A stretch of 64,000 nt of DNA from Glycera tridactyla (taxonomy: Eukaryota), in NCBI GenBank assembly GCA_965644265.1, contig OZ286470.1, positions 9,238,001-9,302,000 of the forward strand, given 5' to 3'. This document shows positions 38,195-49,605 of the stretch, in pieces. Within the stretch, counting starts at the first letter, position 1. Every line of letters starts with the position of its first letter. Below the pieces are notes generated by a model that was given only the letters and a program-made list of their open reading frames with translations, was not told the origin of the DNA and ran no database searches. The position numbers were made by a program, and so were the translations under genes.

Positions 38195-38470
38195 CATGAA
38201 GAACTGTGTCTTTCCATCCTTGCATCTCGCAGAATGTTCCATATGGTGGTTTTCATGTTCAAGCTGTTACATGGTCAGATCTGCATTGATAAAATCAGAA
38301 GTATTTTCACAAATGTGTATGATGTTCATGCCATGGTCGAGGTACAAGATCTAGCACCAGACAAGATTTAGTCAACCCCCTTATTCATAAGGGGCAAGCT
38401 CCAAGCTTTGGAATCTCATCCCAGTAGATACCAAGGACTCAAGAGAGGTTAGCAACCTTCGCATCTAGGT
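38195..38470 (+). pseudogene. Decayed CR1/L2-clade LINE RT C-terminal fragment
   Basis: LASRRMFHMVVFMFKLLHG followed after a frameshift by KLWNLIP, matching the CR1/L2 pattern RR..H....MFK.L.G ... LWNxLP. Confidence 0.65.
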
Positions 38471-39764
38471 ATGTAAACGCATCTCCATCAGATGGTACAG
38501 GTGACACATGAGAAACGGTACTCATTAGTTAGTTTATTGATTTTCCATATGCAATGATCAAGTAGGTGTATACAATACCAACATCTACATTAGATACAAC
38601 TCTAGTATCAGAATTTGATCAAGAGGTATAATTGTATATATATACATTGCTTTACAACTGACAGTAATATTACAGATATATCATGTCTCAGGAGTAGAAC
38701 CACACCTCAGCATTGGACTGCATGTAATATTGCATGTGATCAAGGCCACTTGTAGAGTGGTCGAAACATTGTGAAATTGTCTTCAAAGTGAAGGTACTTT
38801 TGATCATTTTAGCTGATGTCACCTAATAAAAGTCCGTCATTGTCTTCATGTTAGGATGAAAACTTATGGTACTCACAGTTGATCGACAAAATTTGAAGTT
38901 TCTGGATTCTCTTGTTAGCGATTTTCCTACAATAAAACTGAGGTACATTACTTAAATGTGGAGAAATTTTGAATTTGTTATTATGTTTGACTGCTCAAGG
39001 AACCTGAAATCATTATCATGCAGTTCCAAATATTTCCCATCGACATCATAATATGAGGTGTATTGTGACGCGCAATGAGTTTGCATCAACTTCTTTCCAA
39101 TCTCTGCTAATTGGCTGTGGCAGATTTCATTGTGATTGACAGGTGGTAGTTGTAATTTGGCATTTCCATGTTGTTGAGCCGGACTCCTGCATCTGTTGAT
39201 TGACCTCTTGTCTTCTCAGGAGTCAATGTTCACACCTCCAGTACTGCTTCCTCTTTGCTCATCATCTTACTACTATTCTTCCTTCTCTCTGCTCCTCCTC
39301 TTTCTCTTCTTCTTCCTCTCTACTCTTCATTTTTCCTCTTCTTCTTCCCCTCTGCTCTTCATCTTTCTATTCTTACTCCTCTTCCCTCTCTTCCTCAGGG
39401 ACCCATTGAGTAAGTGAGAATTTCATGAATTTTCTCCCCCAGAAAGCGGAGTTTTGAATAATCCCAGCCAGGCTCATAACATGGGTGTCACAATATATAG
39501 CTCAAATGGAGCTGACATGTGACATTAAACCAGAACCAACCATCCATCCAAGCCTCCTTCCTGCTGCTTCTGCTGCTCCTGCTCCCCTACTCTTGCTCCT
39601 CCTATTCTATTGCACCATCTCACCGCTCTGCTAAGGTTCACTTTCCCGACTCAATGTCACCTTGAGTAGGTGTGAATTTCATGAATTGTCTCCTGTTTGG
39701 GGACTCAGAGAGGAAAGTCTTGAATTATCCCCCACCCCATATCCATAGCATGGGCATCAAAATA

Positions 39765-39941
39765 CAGTCGAACCTGCTCTAAAGACCACCTCTCTATAGA
39801 GACCACCTCTCTATAAAGACCACCTGAGCTGTGACCGTGGCAGTATCTTCAACAGTAAATGACCCTTCTATAAAGACCACCTGCCTATAAAGACCGCTTT
39901 TTGATGCGACCGAAGGCGGTTTTTATAGACAGGTTCGACTG
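39765..39941. mobile_element. Tc1/mariner-type MITE (177 bp)
   Basis: Same 12-bp perfect TIR and TA TSD as 15882-16058. Confidence 0.9.
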
Positions 39942-41657
39942 TATAGCATAAATGGAGCTAATATGGTGTTAAACCAGAACCAACCAACCATCCAACCCCC
40001 TCTCCCTGCTGCTGCTGCTGCTGCTGCTGCTCCTCTTCCTCCTCCTGCTCCTTCTCCCCTGCTCCTGTTCCTCCTATTGCCTCTCTACTCTATTGGATCA
40101 TCTTTCCTCTCTGCAAAGGTCCAATTTCATTAAAAAATACAGTTATTGCAATTGGAAATGGCACAAAACTCATGATTGCAGTGGTTTCCATGGTAGCTGA
40201 GAATGCTTGCGCCATATCAAGAGCACAGACATCTTAGTGAGATGTACCCGGATCTCAATAGACCAACAGGCTCCAAGTTTTTCAACCCAATAATTTAACT
40301 GCCTAATTATCTTCACTCCAAATCAACTCAGTTGACATTTATCACTAGTAAGAGAGAGAAAATGCTTCGCACCAACTAATCTTCTGTTAATAAGTTTATT
40401 CTGTGCAAAAGCTTCTCAAAAAGAGAGGTAGTAGTTTTGACAAAATCTTTCGGATTGTGTGGAATTCCTTCTTTCATCCTCTATCCTACACAGTTTGTCC
40501 TGGCAACTCATACTGGGATAGAAATGTCTGTAGTGGAGAGAACATCCAGCTTTCATTAACCAAGAACACACGGCATACACAACCCTGGGGATGATACATG
40601 CCATTGAACCTAAAAAAAAAGGCAACTCTTACTGGGCAGGAGGCATCATCTTTCGGTCATAATCACATCGCCTGTGCTGCTCAGAAGTAGCTGTCACATT
40701 GTCCAGAGAAAAGAGAGAGGCCCACACCTGAGAACCTGTTGGTACTGTGCAAAGGGCAGTTGGGGATGAGTATCCAAGATGAATACACTGATACCACCAA
40801 ACATGATCAAACATAAGTGAAAAAGATGATACCACACTCATCCAGCGCAACACCAGCAGGGCCATGGACAGCCAAGGCAAAGCCTGTCCAAATTTGCCTT
40901 GGCTGTTGATGACCCTGCTGGTGTTGTTGTGCAGAATGCATGTAGTATTATATTTTCTACTTATTATCAAAACATTGAAAAACAATGGAACAATGGAACA
41001 ACTTTTGTGACCTTGGTAACCGATTGTTTGCTGCTCAGAAAAGTGTTGAAACTTCAGTTGAAATTGAATTTCCTATTGAGAAGTATGTCTTGGGTATTGA
41101 CTTTCTCTTTTTGGAAATAGATAATAATGTTCCATATTTTGTAATTGGAAACAATATATTTTATGTGAGTATAGAATTCTTCAATGACCATTTCATTCAT
41201 GACTTGTTTTTGAGATTTATTCTGGGATATTGACTTGTTATTTTTGAAGAGGAATGCTCCATATTTTGTTATTGGAAACAGTATATTTTATGGGAGTAGA
41301 ACTCTTCGATGATCATTTCATTCATGATTATGTTCTGAGACGGATGTGGTGCAGAGTAGTGGAAGGGTTTGAGACGGGTGTTGTGGCATCAGTCAGTCTG
41401 AGGGGTTATCTAAACAAGGACTATTTACCTGTGTATATTTATGTCCAAGCAATTCTCCCTGCATTATACCATTAGATCACATCAGTCTCTCGGCATCTCA
41501 CTACCAGCAAACACCAGCTGTTCACACACTCCCCCTGCTCATGTCTGGGAGAAACCCGTGTGTCTGCCATTTCACCACGAGCCGACCGAGCTAACCGTAT
41601 TCTTTCATGGGTTTGCACATCTCCAGGAACTTTTCCTGACTGGTAGAGAATATATAG

Positions 41658-41792
41658 NNNNNNNNNNNNNNNNNNNNNNNNNNNNNNNNNNNNNNNNNNN
41701 NNNNNNNNNNNNNNNNNNNNNNNNNNNNNNNNNNNNNNNNNNNNNNNNNNNNNNNNNNNNNNNNNNNNNNNNNNNNNNNNNNNNNNNNNNNN
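41658..41792. other. Assembly gap (N run)
   Basis: 135 N. Confidence 1.
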
Positions 41793-41879
41793 TTCGATTA
41801 GTTTCATGTCAGTGACATGAAGCACAGGCGACAGGTCCATGAAATGTGTCAAATGCCCAAGCCTGATTTCTTGGTTTCA

Positions 41880-41968
41880 TACAGGGTGTGAACCCATGAC
41901 CTCAGAGTAAGGCAGCCACCGCTAGCAACACACTTCTAGCACTCCTAACCGCTGCACCATGGAGTCAT
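41880..41968 (-). mobile_element. tRNA-like SINE head (different family)
   Basis: Reverse complement reads TGGTGCAGCGGTTAG (A-box-like) ... GGTTCACACCC (B-box-like). Confidence 0.4.
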
Positions 41969-42309
41969 CTCACAAACAATGAAGCCAAGTGAGAAGCAAT
42001 TAGGCTAGTACTGACAATGAATCACCCCAGCTGTCATGGAATCATATTACTTGGCACTGGTTTCAGTGAAGATTTTTCATATAAGTTGCTCATTGCTCAT
42101 AGTTTGGGGAAATGGGCAAAGGAAGGGAGGCAATTCAGCTATTTGCCCAATAATTTCACCTTCTATATGAATGAATGTGAAAGACAATCTATGGCTGAAG
42201 TCGCTTGGTGCTAGAAGCAGCGGTCAATGATGAAGTCAGCCGATGTGTAAACCTCAGCTGTCACATCCTTATGTTGCCATGACGATCTGATGCTGCCTCA
42301 AACCTGTCA

Positions 42310-42710
42310 AAAATCGGCTCAAGTGAGGTTTAGGGGACCCGCCCCTTATAGAGAAACAAGGCAACCAAACATATTATAATAGAAGGATGAATGATAAAAC
42401 ACATCAAACATCATATCAAAAAAAATTCTACCTCACTGAATCTTCATTTGCCGATATTTCAACAACAAACGTTCTCAACGACAGGGCCTGCAACAGCGTT
42501 TTACAACTGTTTTCTGGTAACAAAGTCAATGCATTGCTGACTTCTGGTGTTTAGTTTTGAATACAAGATGGTGGCGCTCAAAACAGCGCGCTTACATTGC
42601 TAATGTTTACATCATGTTGGACCTCAAAATCGACTTTTTTATCGCCGTTCTCTGTCTATAAGGAGTGGATCCCCTAAACTTCATTTACGCCAAAAAATCC
42701 ACAATATTTT
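42310..42710. repeat. Inverted-repeat (MITE-like) element
   Basis: AGGTTTAGGGGACCCGCCCCTTATAGAG (about 42327-42354) is inverted relative to CTATAAGGAGTGGATCCCCTAAACTT (about 42656-42681). Confidence 0.45.
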
Positions 42711-44825
42711 CTGCATCTGAGATAAGATGCCACAAATGTGTGTGGCAAGAATTAGGGGTGTCCAAACAGGATGAAGACTAAACAGAGAGCAGCAATTCAG
42801 TCATCATCTGGTCATGATGATGGTTGATTTCCAATTACTACTAATAGAAATAATTCTCTAATGGTTGTTGGTGTCATTACATGACGGGCTGTAATTGGTC
42901 CATTTAACATATTTACCCGTTCATTGTCCGTTCATTGTCCGGTACTGAACAGTACTGCCCAAGGCCCAGCTGCAAGGCTGGAAACAGGAATGATTTCATG
43001 CACATAGCTTCAATTGCCAAATGATATGCTTTGTTTTTGGGAAAAGTTACAATCATTTAGTGAAGAGATTCAGCAAACCAGATATTCTTTTTACAAGATT
43101 AGGCACATTTGAGAGAATTGGATTCAATCTTTATGCATGACTAATGAGTCGATGCTGAGAGAATTTGATGATTATCTTGAATTAAGCAATATTACCCATG
43201 GAGTTAGCATAATTTGGCTTGATTGAAATACTGCGTGACATCTCTCTGAACTTTAGCAGAGGAGAGAGCCAATATAGTGAAAACTCTTTTAAGGGACCGC
43301 TCTTTTGAGAGACTACTTTTCATCAGATCATTTCTATTTAACATAGTCAAATATACCTCCAATGAGAGGCCACCTCTCTTGAGAGACCACTTGTGGTTGG
43401 CATTTGGGGCGGTCTCCCAAGAGAGGTTTTACAATATAGTGGAAACTCCATTTGTCCATATTTGTGGGAATGAACTTCAACCTGACCAACACACTGACAG
43501 GATTTATGGAGATCAGCTCATATCCGCGAGGGTTTTGTTGACTGAAGTGCATTATTATGGTGAGATATTCTGAAGGGAAATCATAAAGTGTTTGCCTTCC
43601 GGTAGGTTTTTGCTTGATGAATTGCGGAGGATGGATCCAGCTAGAGAACAAACGTGGATTCTATTTCTGGTAGTTTAATGGCGAACCATGCACTTGTCCA
43701 CTAGTCTGCCGCCATTCAAATTGAAGTTCACCGACTGGGTAGACTCAAATTTGTGTGAATGTACAAACACATATATGTCAGCCACACACTGTGAGTTGCT
43801 CTTTTTGCAACTACAGTGAAACCATCTGTGAAGGCCACTTTCGGTCACGTCAAAAAGTGACCATTTTAAGCGGGTGGTCTTTATAGGGAGGTTATTTGCT
43901 GTTGAAGATGATATAATTGTTTCAGCTCAGGGTGGCCTCCATAGGCAGATGGTCTCTATAGAGAGGTAGTCTCTTGCGCAGGTTCAACTGTATCACTATT
44001 TGAATGTATTTGCTGATGTTTTGATCCAGCTAGATGCTCTTTCTAATGAATTCATCACTGGTAATTCTCTACTTTGTACATGCATATTGTATTCTTATAT
44101 ACTGTATTCTCCCTAATTGGTGCCCCCACCCTCCTCATCAGCCCCTCCTCTCCCCCTCCCTCTCCCATGAGATAGGGGAGTTGCAGCCTGGCTTTGATAG
44201 CCCTGGGTGTTCAAATTTCCCGTGCTTATTCCACAGTATTTATTCTTCCCATAAGAGTGTTTTTCACTATAATTGACCTGTCCTGAGAATAAACTTGCAC
44301 TAAACACACTTAAGATTTTCACATCCTGAATCTTCATGCTCAATATAAATTTGACTGTATTTTATATCTTGTAGCACATCAGTGTGCTGTCCAGATGCTG
44401 AGTAATAAACAAACCAACATAAAGCATTCTACTTCAGGCAGCAGATGATACAGGGAAGGCAGCCCATGGAAATTCAGACCTCCAATTTATGACTCGTAGT
44501 GGTTGGACCTCAAGTGGGAAGTGATACTTTACTCTTGACATTTTCTTATATCTATCCATTCCTCTTCATTATCTCCTGCTGACAGTTCTCTTCTCTTTTT
44601 ACTTTTTTTCTTCCCTCTCTTTTTCCTTGCGATGTGACCCCAGCTGAATCTCCACACACAAAGGAAACCCAAGTCCTGTAAAGATAAATGGTATAAGACA
44701 TATGAATATATCCTAAAACTTTCATATTTTTTCTTAAATATAAATATCATATCTCAATAGTTTAATTGAATTCCTGTTCACTGTATCAAAACACCATATC
44801 TCATCAAGTAGATTGTATGCATAAT

Positions 44826-45346
44826 CAGTGAAGTTTATTTGCAGCGCCATCGCGCCATTGGCGTCTTATATAATGATATAGGCGCACTAACAAATAGCTC
44901 CATGGGCCCCCCTGGGCGCCAGTGATTGCCAGTAAATTTGTCAATACACTAACAGTGACTATACTCAAAGACAACATTTGTTGGGAGGGGCATTCTACAG
45001 GGTCAAAGAAAGTAATCCCTCTTAATAACCCCCCTACCGGCTGATGACTGGGATAATACCACAACATCAACAGACAGTTCCTGTTCACCCTCACCTGATG
45101 AGGGGGTAATCCTGGGGGTCCATGTGTTTGCTTGAGATGGCCTCCCAACTGGCCCTTGCAGGTAGATTTCCAAGGTTGACGGAATTTTTTTGAAACCTAC
45201 CTGCTCAGTGGACAGGTGGAAAATGATGATAAATCTAATGAACACATAATGGAGGCATCCTGAATTCTGAGGAGGCAGGTAGATCTGAAAATGTAACTGA
45301 TAACCAGACAGGTGGATAATTTTGATGCCATTCCTTTGTGTGTGCT

Positions 45347-45380
<34 letters not shown>

Positions 45381-45547
45381 TGTGTGTGCGTGGTTGGTAG
45401 TGGGTGTGTCATAAACAGTTGTTTTCACGAACCTGGAAATGGCTCACGAAATTTCGAAAATGGCCCATTGAATCCTGAAAATGGCCCATTGTTTTCCTGC
45501 TGAGCGGGCCATTGGCCCGCTCAATTTTCGGGCTGGAAACATCACTG
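44826..45547 (-). mobile_element. Non-autonomous DNA transposon with 6-bp TSD (copy 2, 722 bp)
   Basis: Ends CAGTGAAG...CATCACTG; CATAAT duplicated at 44820-44825 and 45548-45553; subterminal palindrome GAGCGGGCCA-N-TGGCCCGCTC shared with copy 1. Confidence 0.88.
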
Positions 45548-46639
45548 CATAATGCCATGCTCCCCATCTGGAAGCCGTACATATGGTATTCGATATATGT
45601 ACAGAATGATGCTAGTAATCAATGTAGATAATTGGTGGTAACCAGGATCAGATTTCTATTCTGGTATTACTCGACTTTCTGTTATTGAATGTATTCCATG
45701 AAAAATGCTACCTTTGCCAAGTTGAAAAAAGGTTTTGTCATTCTGTCATGAGTTCAACAATGGTCATCCACCCGCACAATTATCATGCACTTGACAAGCT
45801 CAAAGTTAGAAATAAGGGTAATGTATGCAGCTCAATTATCGGCAGCGCCATCTATCTTATGAAGGACGCCATTTGTATGACTGCCCTGGTAGGTTAGCAA
45901 CTGCATGGCACAATCCTTCCTTCAGCTGCAGAGTAAGGGGAGAATTACTGTCCTACTGTTTTACGGCGATTTTGGTTGATGCGATGTGCTGACTGTACAT
46001 GTACCTATATCTATCAATGGTTGCTCACCACGAGCAGCCAACATTGAATATTAATTTATTGACATCATGCTGAGTACAGTCAAACCCCTCTATAACGACA
46101 GCCTTCGTTTGCATCAAAAGTGACCTTTATAGGAAGTTTGTCTTCATAGAGAGGTCATCTCATGTTGGAAATACCATCACCAGCTCAGGGTGGCATTTAT
46201 AGAGAAGTGATCTTTAGAGGAGGCTCGACTGTATTCATCAGGATGTACATACAGACAAACCTGTCGACAATGTTTATGATACATAATTGGCATCTGTATG
46301 GAATACTAGTGGACTCATGACATGAAAGTGTGCATAGATGGTGCAAAGATAGCGGTTGAAGCAGGTTCAACGTAAGCCATCCTCTGATGTCGTTCATACT
46401 CTTCATGTAATTATGATCCTACTTTTAGATCTTTCAAGATGAAGATCCCACTAATGATGACATGTTCCTATAACCAATGGGAATTGGCTTCCTATCCTTG
46501 ACATTGGCTTCATGAAATGCATATCAACCTTTGATCCTTGAGGAACAGAGCAAACTTCACTCTAGCATGAGATGATCAATAAATCATGCCTCGAGCAGAA
46601 GGGGATAAGCTATTTCTGAAACACTTGACAGAATATTAG

Positions 46640-46990
46640 CACTGGGATCCCTCTAGGCTGGAAAATCTTTCAGCAAATGATTTTAGCAAAATAAAAATAA
46701 TTCTAGCAATCCAGAAAGCACTCTGTGGAAAACAGAAGGCATTCAAATGATTCAGTTCACCAAAATGAAAAATTGATGAGATTCTCATGCCATGTGAATT
46801 TGTATTGCAATTTATACAAAAAAAAAATGAAATCAGGAGAATGTTCTTCTACAAACAAAAAAAACACCACCACCACCTTCGTGCCAGGAGTGATGAAAAT
46901 CTACTTCAGCAAATCATTTCAGCAAATCAAATTTTTCTTTAGCATTTCATAATGCTGATTAGCTATAGCTGACACTCTAATCTATAGAGG
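46640..46990. repeat. Dispersed repeat family (GCAAATGATTT...AAATCATTT, ending near TAGCTATAGCT)
   Basis: Colinear with about 5420-5740; partial copy at 49050-49150. Class not determined. Confidence 0.5.
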
Positions 46991-49200
46991 AGGAACCCTG
47001 AAGGATGTGGTGTTGTGAAGGCTAGAAATGTGCTCACGTGCAAATATCACACAGCTATGTCAAGTCCCACTCTGGAGTGATGGATGCATCATCGCTGAGA
47101 TGCTGAGACGTGGGACTCGCCCCAAGATATGCATATAAGATGCTAAGATTGGAATTGCCTGTGTTCTCACAAATTTCTCACCCTCCTGTGAGCCACGAAT
47201 ATGCATGATGAATCCGCCAGATCATTAGAAAGCATGAAGAAGTCCTAATATGACAAGATATTGCAGAGGTTTTCAAGCATGATTGATATTTGTTATTAAG
47301 GATAGGTCCGAAATGCGGGAGGAATGGAGGCGATTCCACGCTGGGCAAGATTCCATCCGTGGATTATCTAGATCCTGCCCGAGACTATTGCTTGTGTAAT
47401 AAAGCTCAGCTGTCTATCAATTACCCCATATCCCCAAGTTTTCTCCAACTTCAAACACATGCCATGCTGTCAATGGGGACAAAAAACCCAGGATTGTCCT
47501 TGAAAGAGTATGGAATGGCGCTTATAAGCCCAGCATATTTCACCAGTGGATGGAGATGTCTGTGTTTTTTCTGTATTTTGGGCTACTTCTATCATTTGAA
47601 ATATGGTATGAAGATGTATAATTCCGATCTGGGATTACCCTCGGCATCTCCTATCCTCGCTCTCATCCCACATCTGGTCTCAGTCAGCCACCTACTTAAT
47701 CTCCATGGCCAGTTGAAGTCGGAGCATCCCATGTTCATTCCACATATGTGACTGTCCATTGTGTAAAAATATTGAAATATTCAACCAATTGTCCCCACTA
47801 CTGAGGTTATTGGGGTAGCTCATCGTTTCTGTTCATTGAAAATTCAGGAAGTCTTCATGTTATTCATATCTTTGAGCATTTTTCACTTCATATGAAGGAT
47901 GACCATGGTGAATTCCATGTTCATTATCAAGTAGTTTTGCACTTCAGCAAGCAGTTTGCTGCCAGTCGAGCCAGTCACTTCAGCTCAGAAGGACTTGTAG
48001 AAACTCAAGAGTGGCCTCTTGCCGGACTACAGTGTCTTCTTTTTGGACTAATTTACTTTCAGTGGGAGTCATGGATCCCACATGAGTAATTGACCTACAG
48101 GGATCAGCCTACATGATCGATTCTGGCTTCTGGATGCATTCTACTATCACAATCCTATCTTTTTTCTTCAGTCTGGATTCAACGGCTTTACAGCGCATAA
48201 ACTGGATTACGACTCTTGCTTTTTTGTGAATATAGATTTGACCCTCACTTGGTAAAACCTGATCGTATCTTGATTTATCTGAGGGGAAATTGTGTGAACT
48301 GAGGTAGTTTTGATTGGAATATAAATCAAACATGTACTCCAGCCTACTCTTGCTACCACTTGAATAAGGTTTTTCCTGCTAATTTTGGAAGATGGAGATT
48401 GTAAATTTTGGTGTTTTTTTCCAATCAAGATTCAGACCAGCCTTGAGTACAAAACATTTGTCTGTTCCAAACTTGATACAATCTAAACTTGGGAAGCTTT
48501 TGATAACTGTGCCTCTAAAGCTCCTAGAACATTCAACTTTCAAGATAGAAGTAATGTCCTTGGTTGCAGATTCATTTTGGATAAGATACTGCAAAAACCA
48601 GTGTGAGGAAGTGTGAACGACTAGCCGGGAATTCAGCAACTGACCAAAGCATTCATTAGTGAATTTTCAAGTTTATTCTTGTACTTGCAAACACATACTG
48701 GAATCACTCCGAATTCAGAACAATGGATAGAACATGTATAGTCTCAGTGATGTCAGATTCACAAGCAGCAGTCATGATGAGATTTCATATTCATGACACA
48801 AGTCAAGAGGGACCATCAAGAAGGAACCGGGTGTCAGTTATAGCTGGATAAATGTATCCCTCTCCAGCTATTTCTACCCATAAATTGAGGTCCAAGTGGT
48901 GGAATGTGGGCCTTGGACAGTTTCCTGATATCTGCTCATGATAATGTATCACTCTTGACTGTTGTTGCTTCCCACACACCCTGCAGTCAAAGGTGGGTCA
49001 CAAAAGGTGGATAGAGGGACAGCTATCAATAGTTCCCTGGGGCAGAGTCATCAGGGTTCCTTCTAAAATGAAAGATCTTCCCGCAAATGATTTTCACGAA
49101 ATGAAAATAATTTTATCAATTCAGAAAGCATTTTGTGAAAATTGTCACAAAGTTGAGGTCCTAAGAATGTATCATTGGTTCGGGTGAAGATATACACTCC

Positions 49201-49605
49201 CTCACTCACTCCCTACCTCACTCACTCCCTACCTCACTCACTCCCTACCTCACTCACTCCCTACCTCACTCACTCCCTACCTCACTCACTCCCTACCTCA
49301 CTCACTCCCTACCTCACTCACTCCCTACCTCACTCACTCCCTACCTCACTCACTCCCTACCTCACTCACTCCCTACCTCACTCACTCCCTACCTCACTCA
49401 CTCCCTACCTCACTCACTCCCTACCTCACTCACTCCCTACCTCACTCACTCCCTACCTCACTCACTCCCTACCTCACTCACTCCCTACCTCACTCACTCC
49501 CTACCTCACTCACACACACACTCACTCACTCACAAACTCACTCTCTCACTCACTCACTCACTCACTCACTCACTCACTCACTCACACACTCACTCACTCA
49601 TTCAC
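49201..49605. repeat. Perfect 16-bp repeat x19 (CTCACTCACTCCCTAC) followed by (ACTC)n
   Basis: 49201-49504 is 304 bp of exact units, then an ACTC microsatellite. Confidence 0.97.

Noticed and set aside
45003-45428. 141-aa minus-strand ORF (and the similar 103-aa ORF at 25139-25450) as a transposase
   Set aside because: Lies in a non-autonomous element, includes a (CA)n translation, the frames are not conserved between the two copies, and there is no DDE or BED motif.
47290-47751. 153-aa plus-strand ORF
   Set aside because: Non-ATG start, no recognisable domain or splice context; the length is compatible with chance.
48379-48639. LNLDWKKTPKFTISI resembling a cadherin LDYE strand
   Set aside because: An isolated short resemblance with no other cadherin motifs or splice support.
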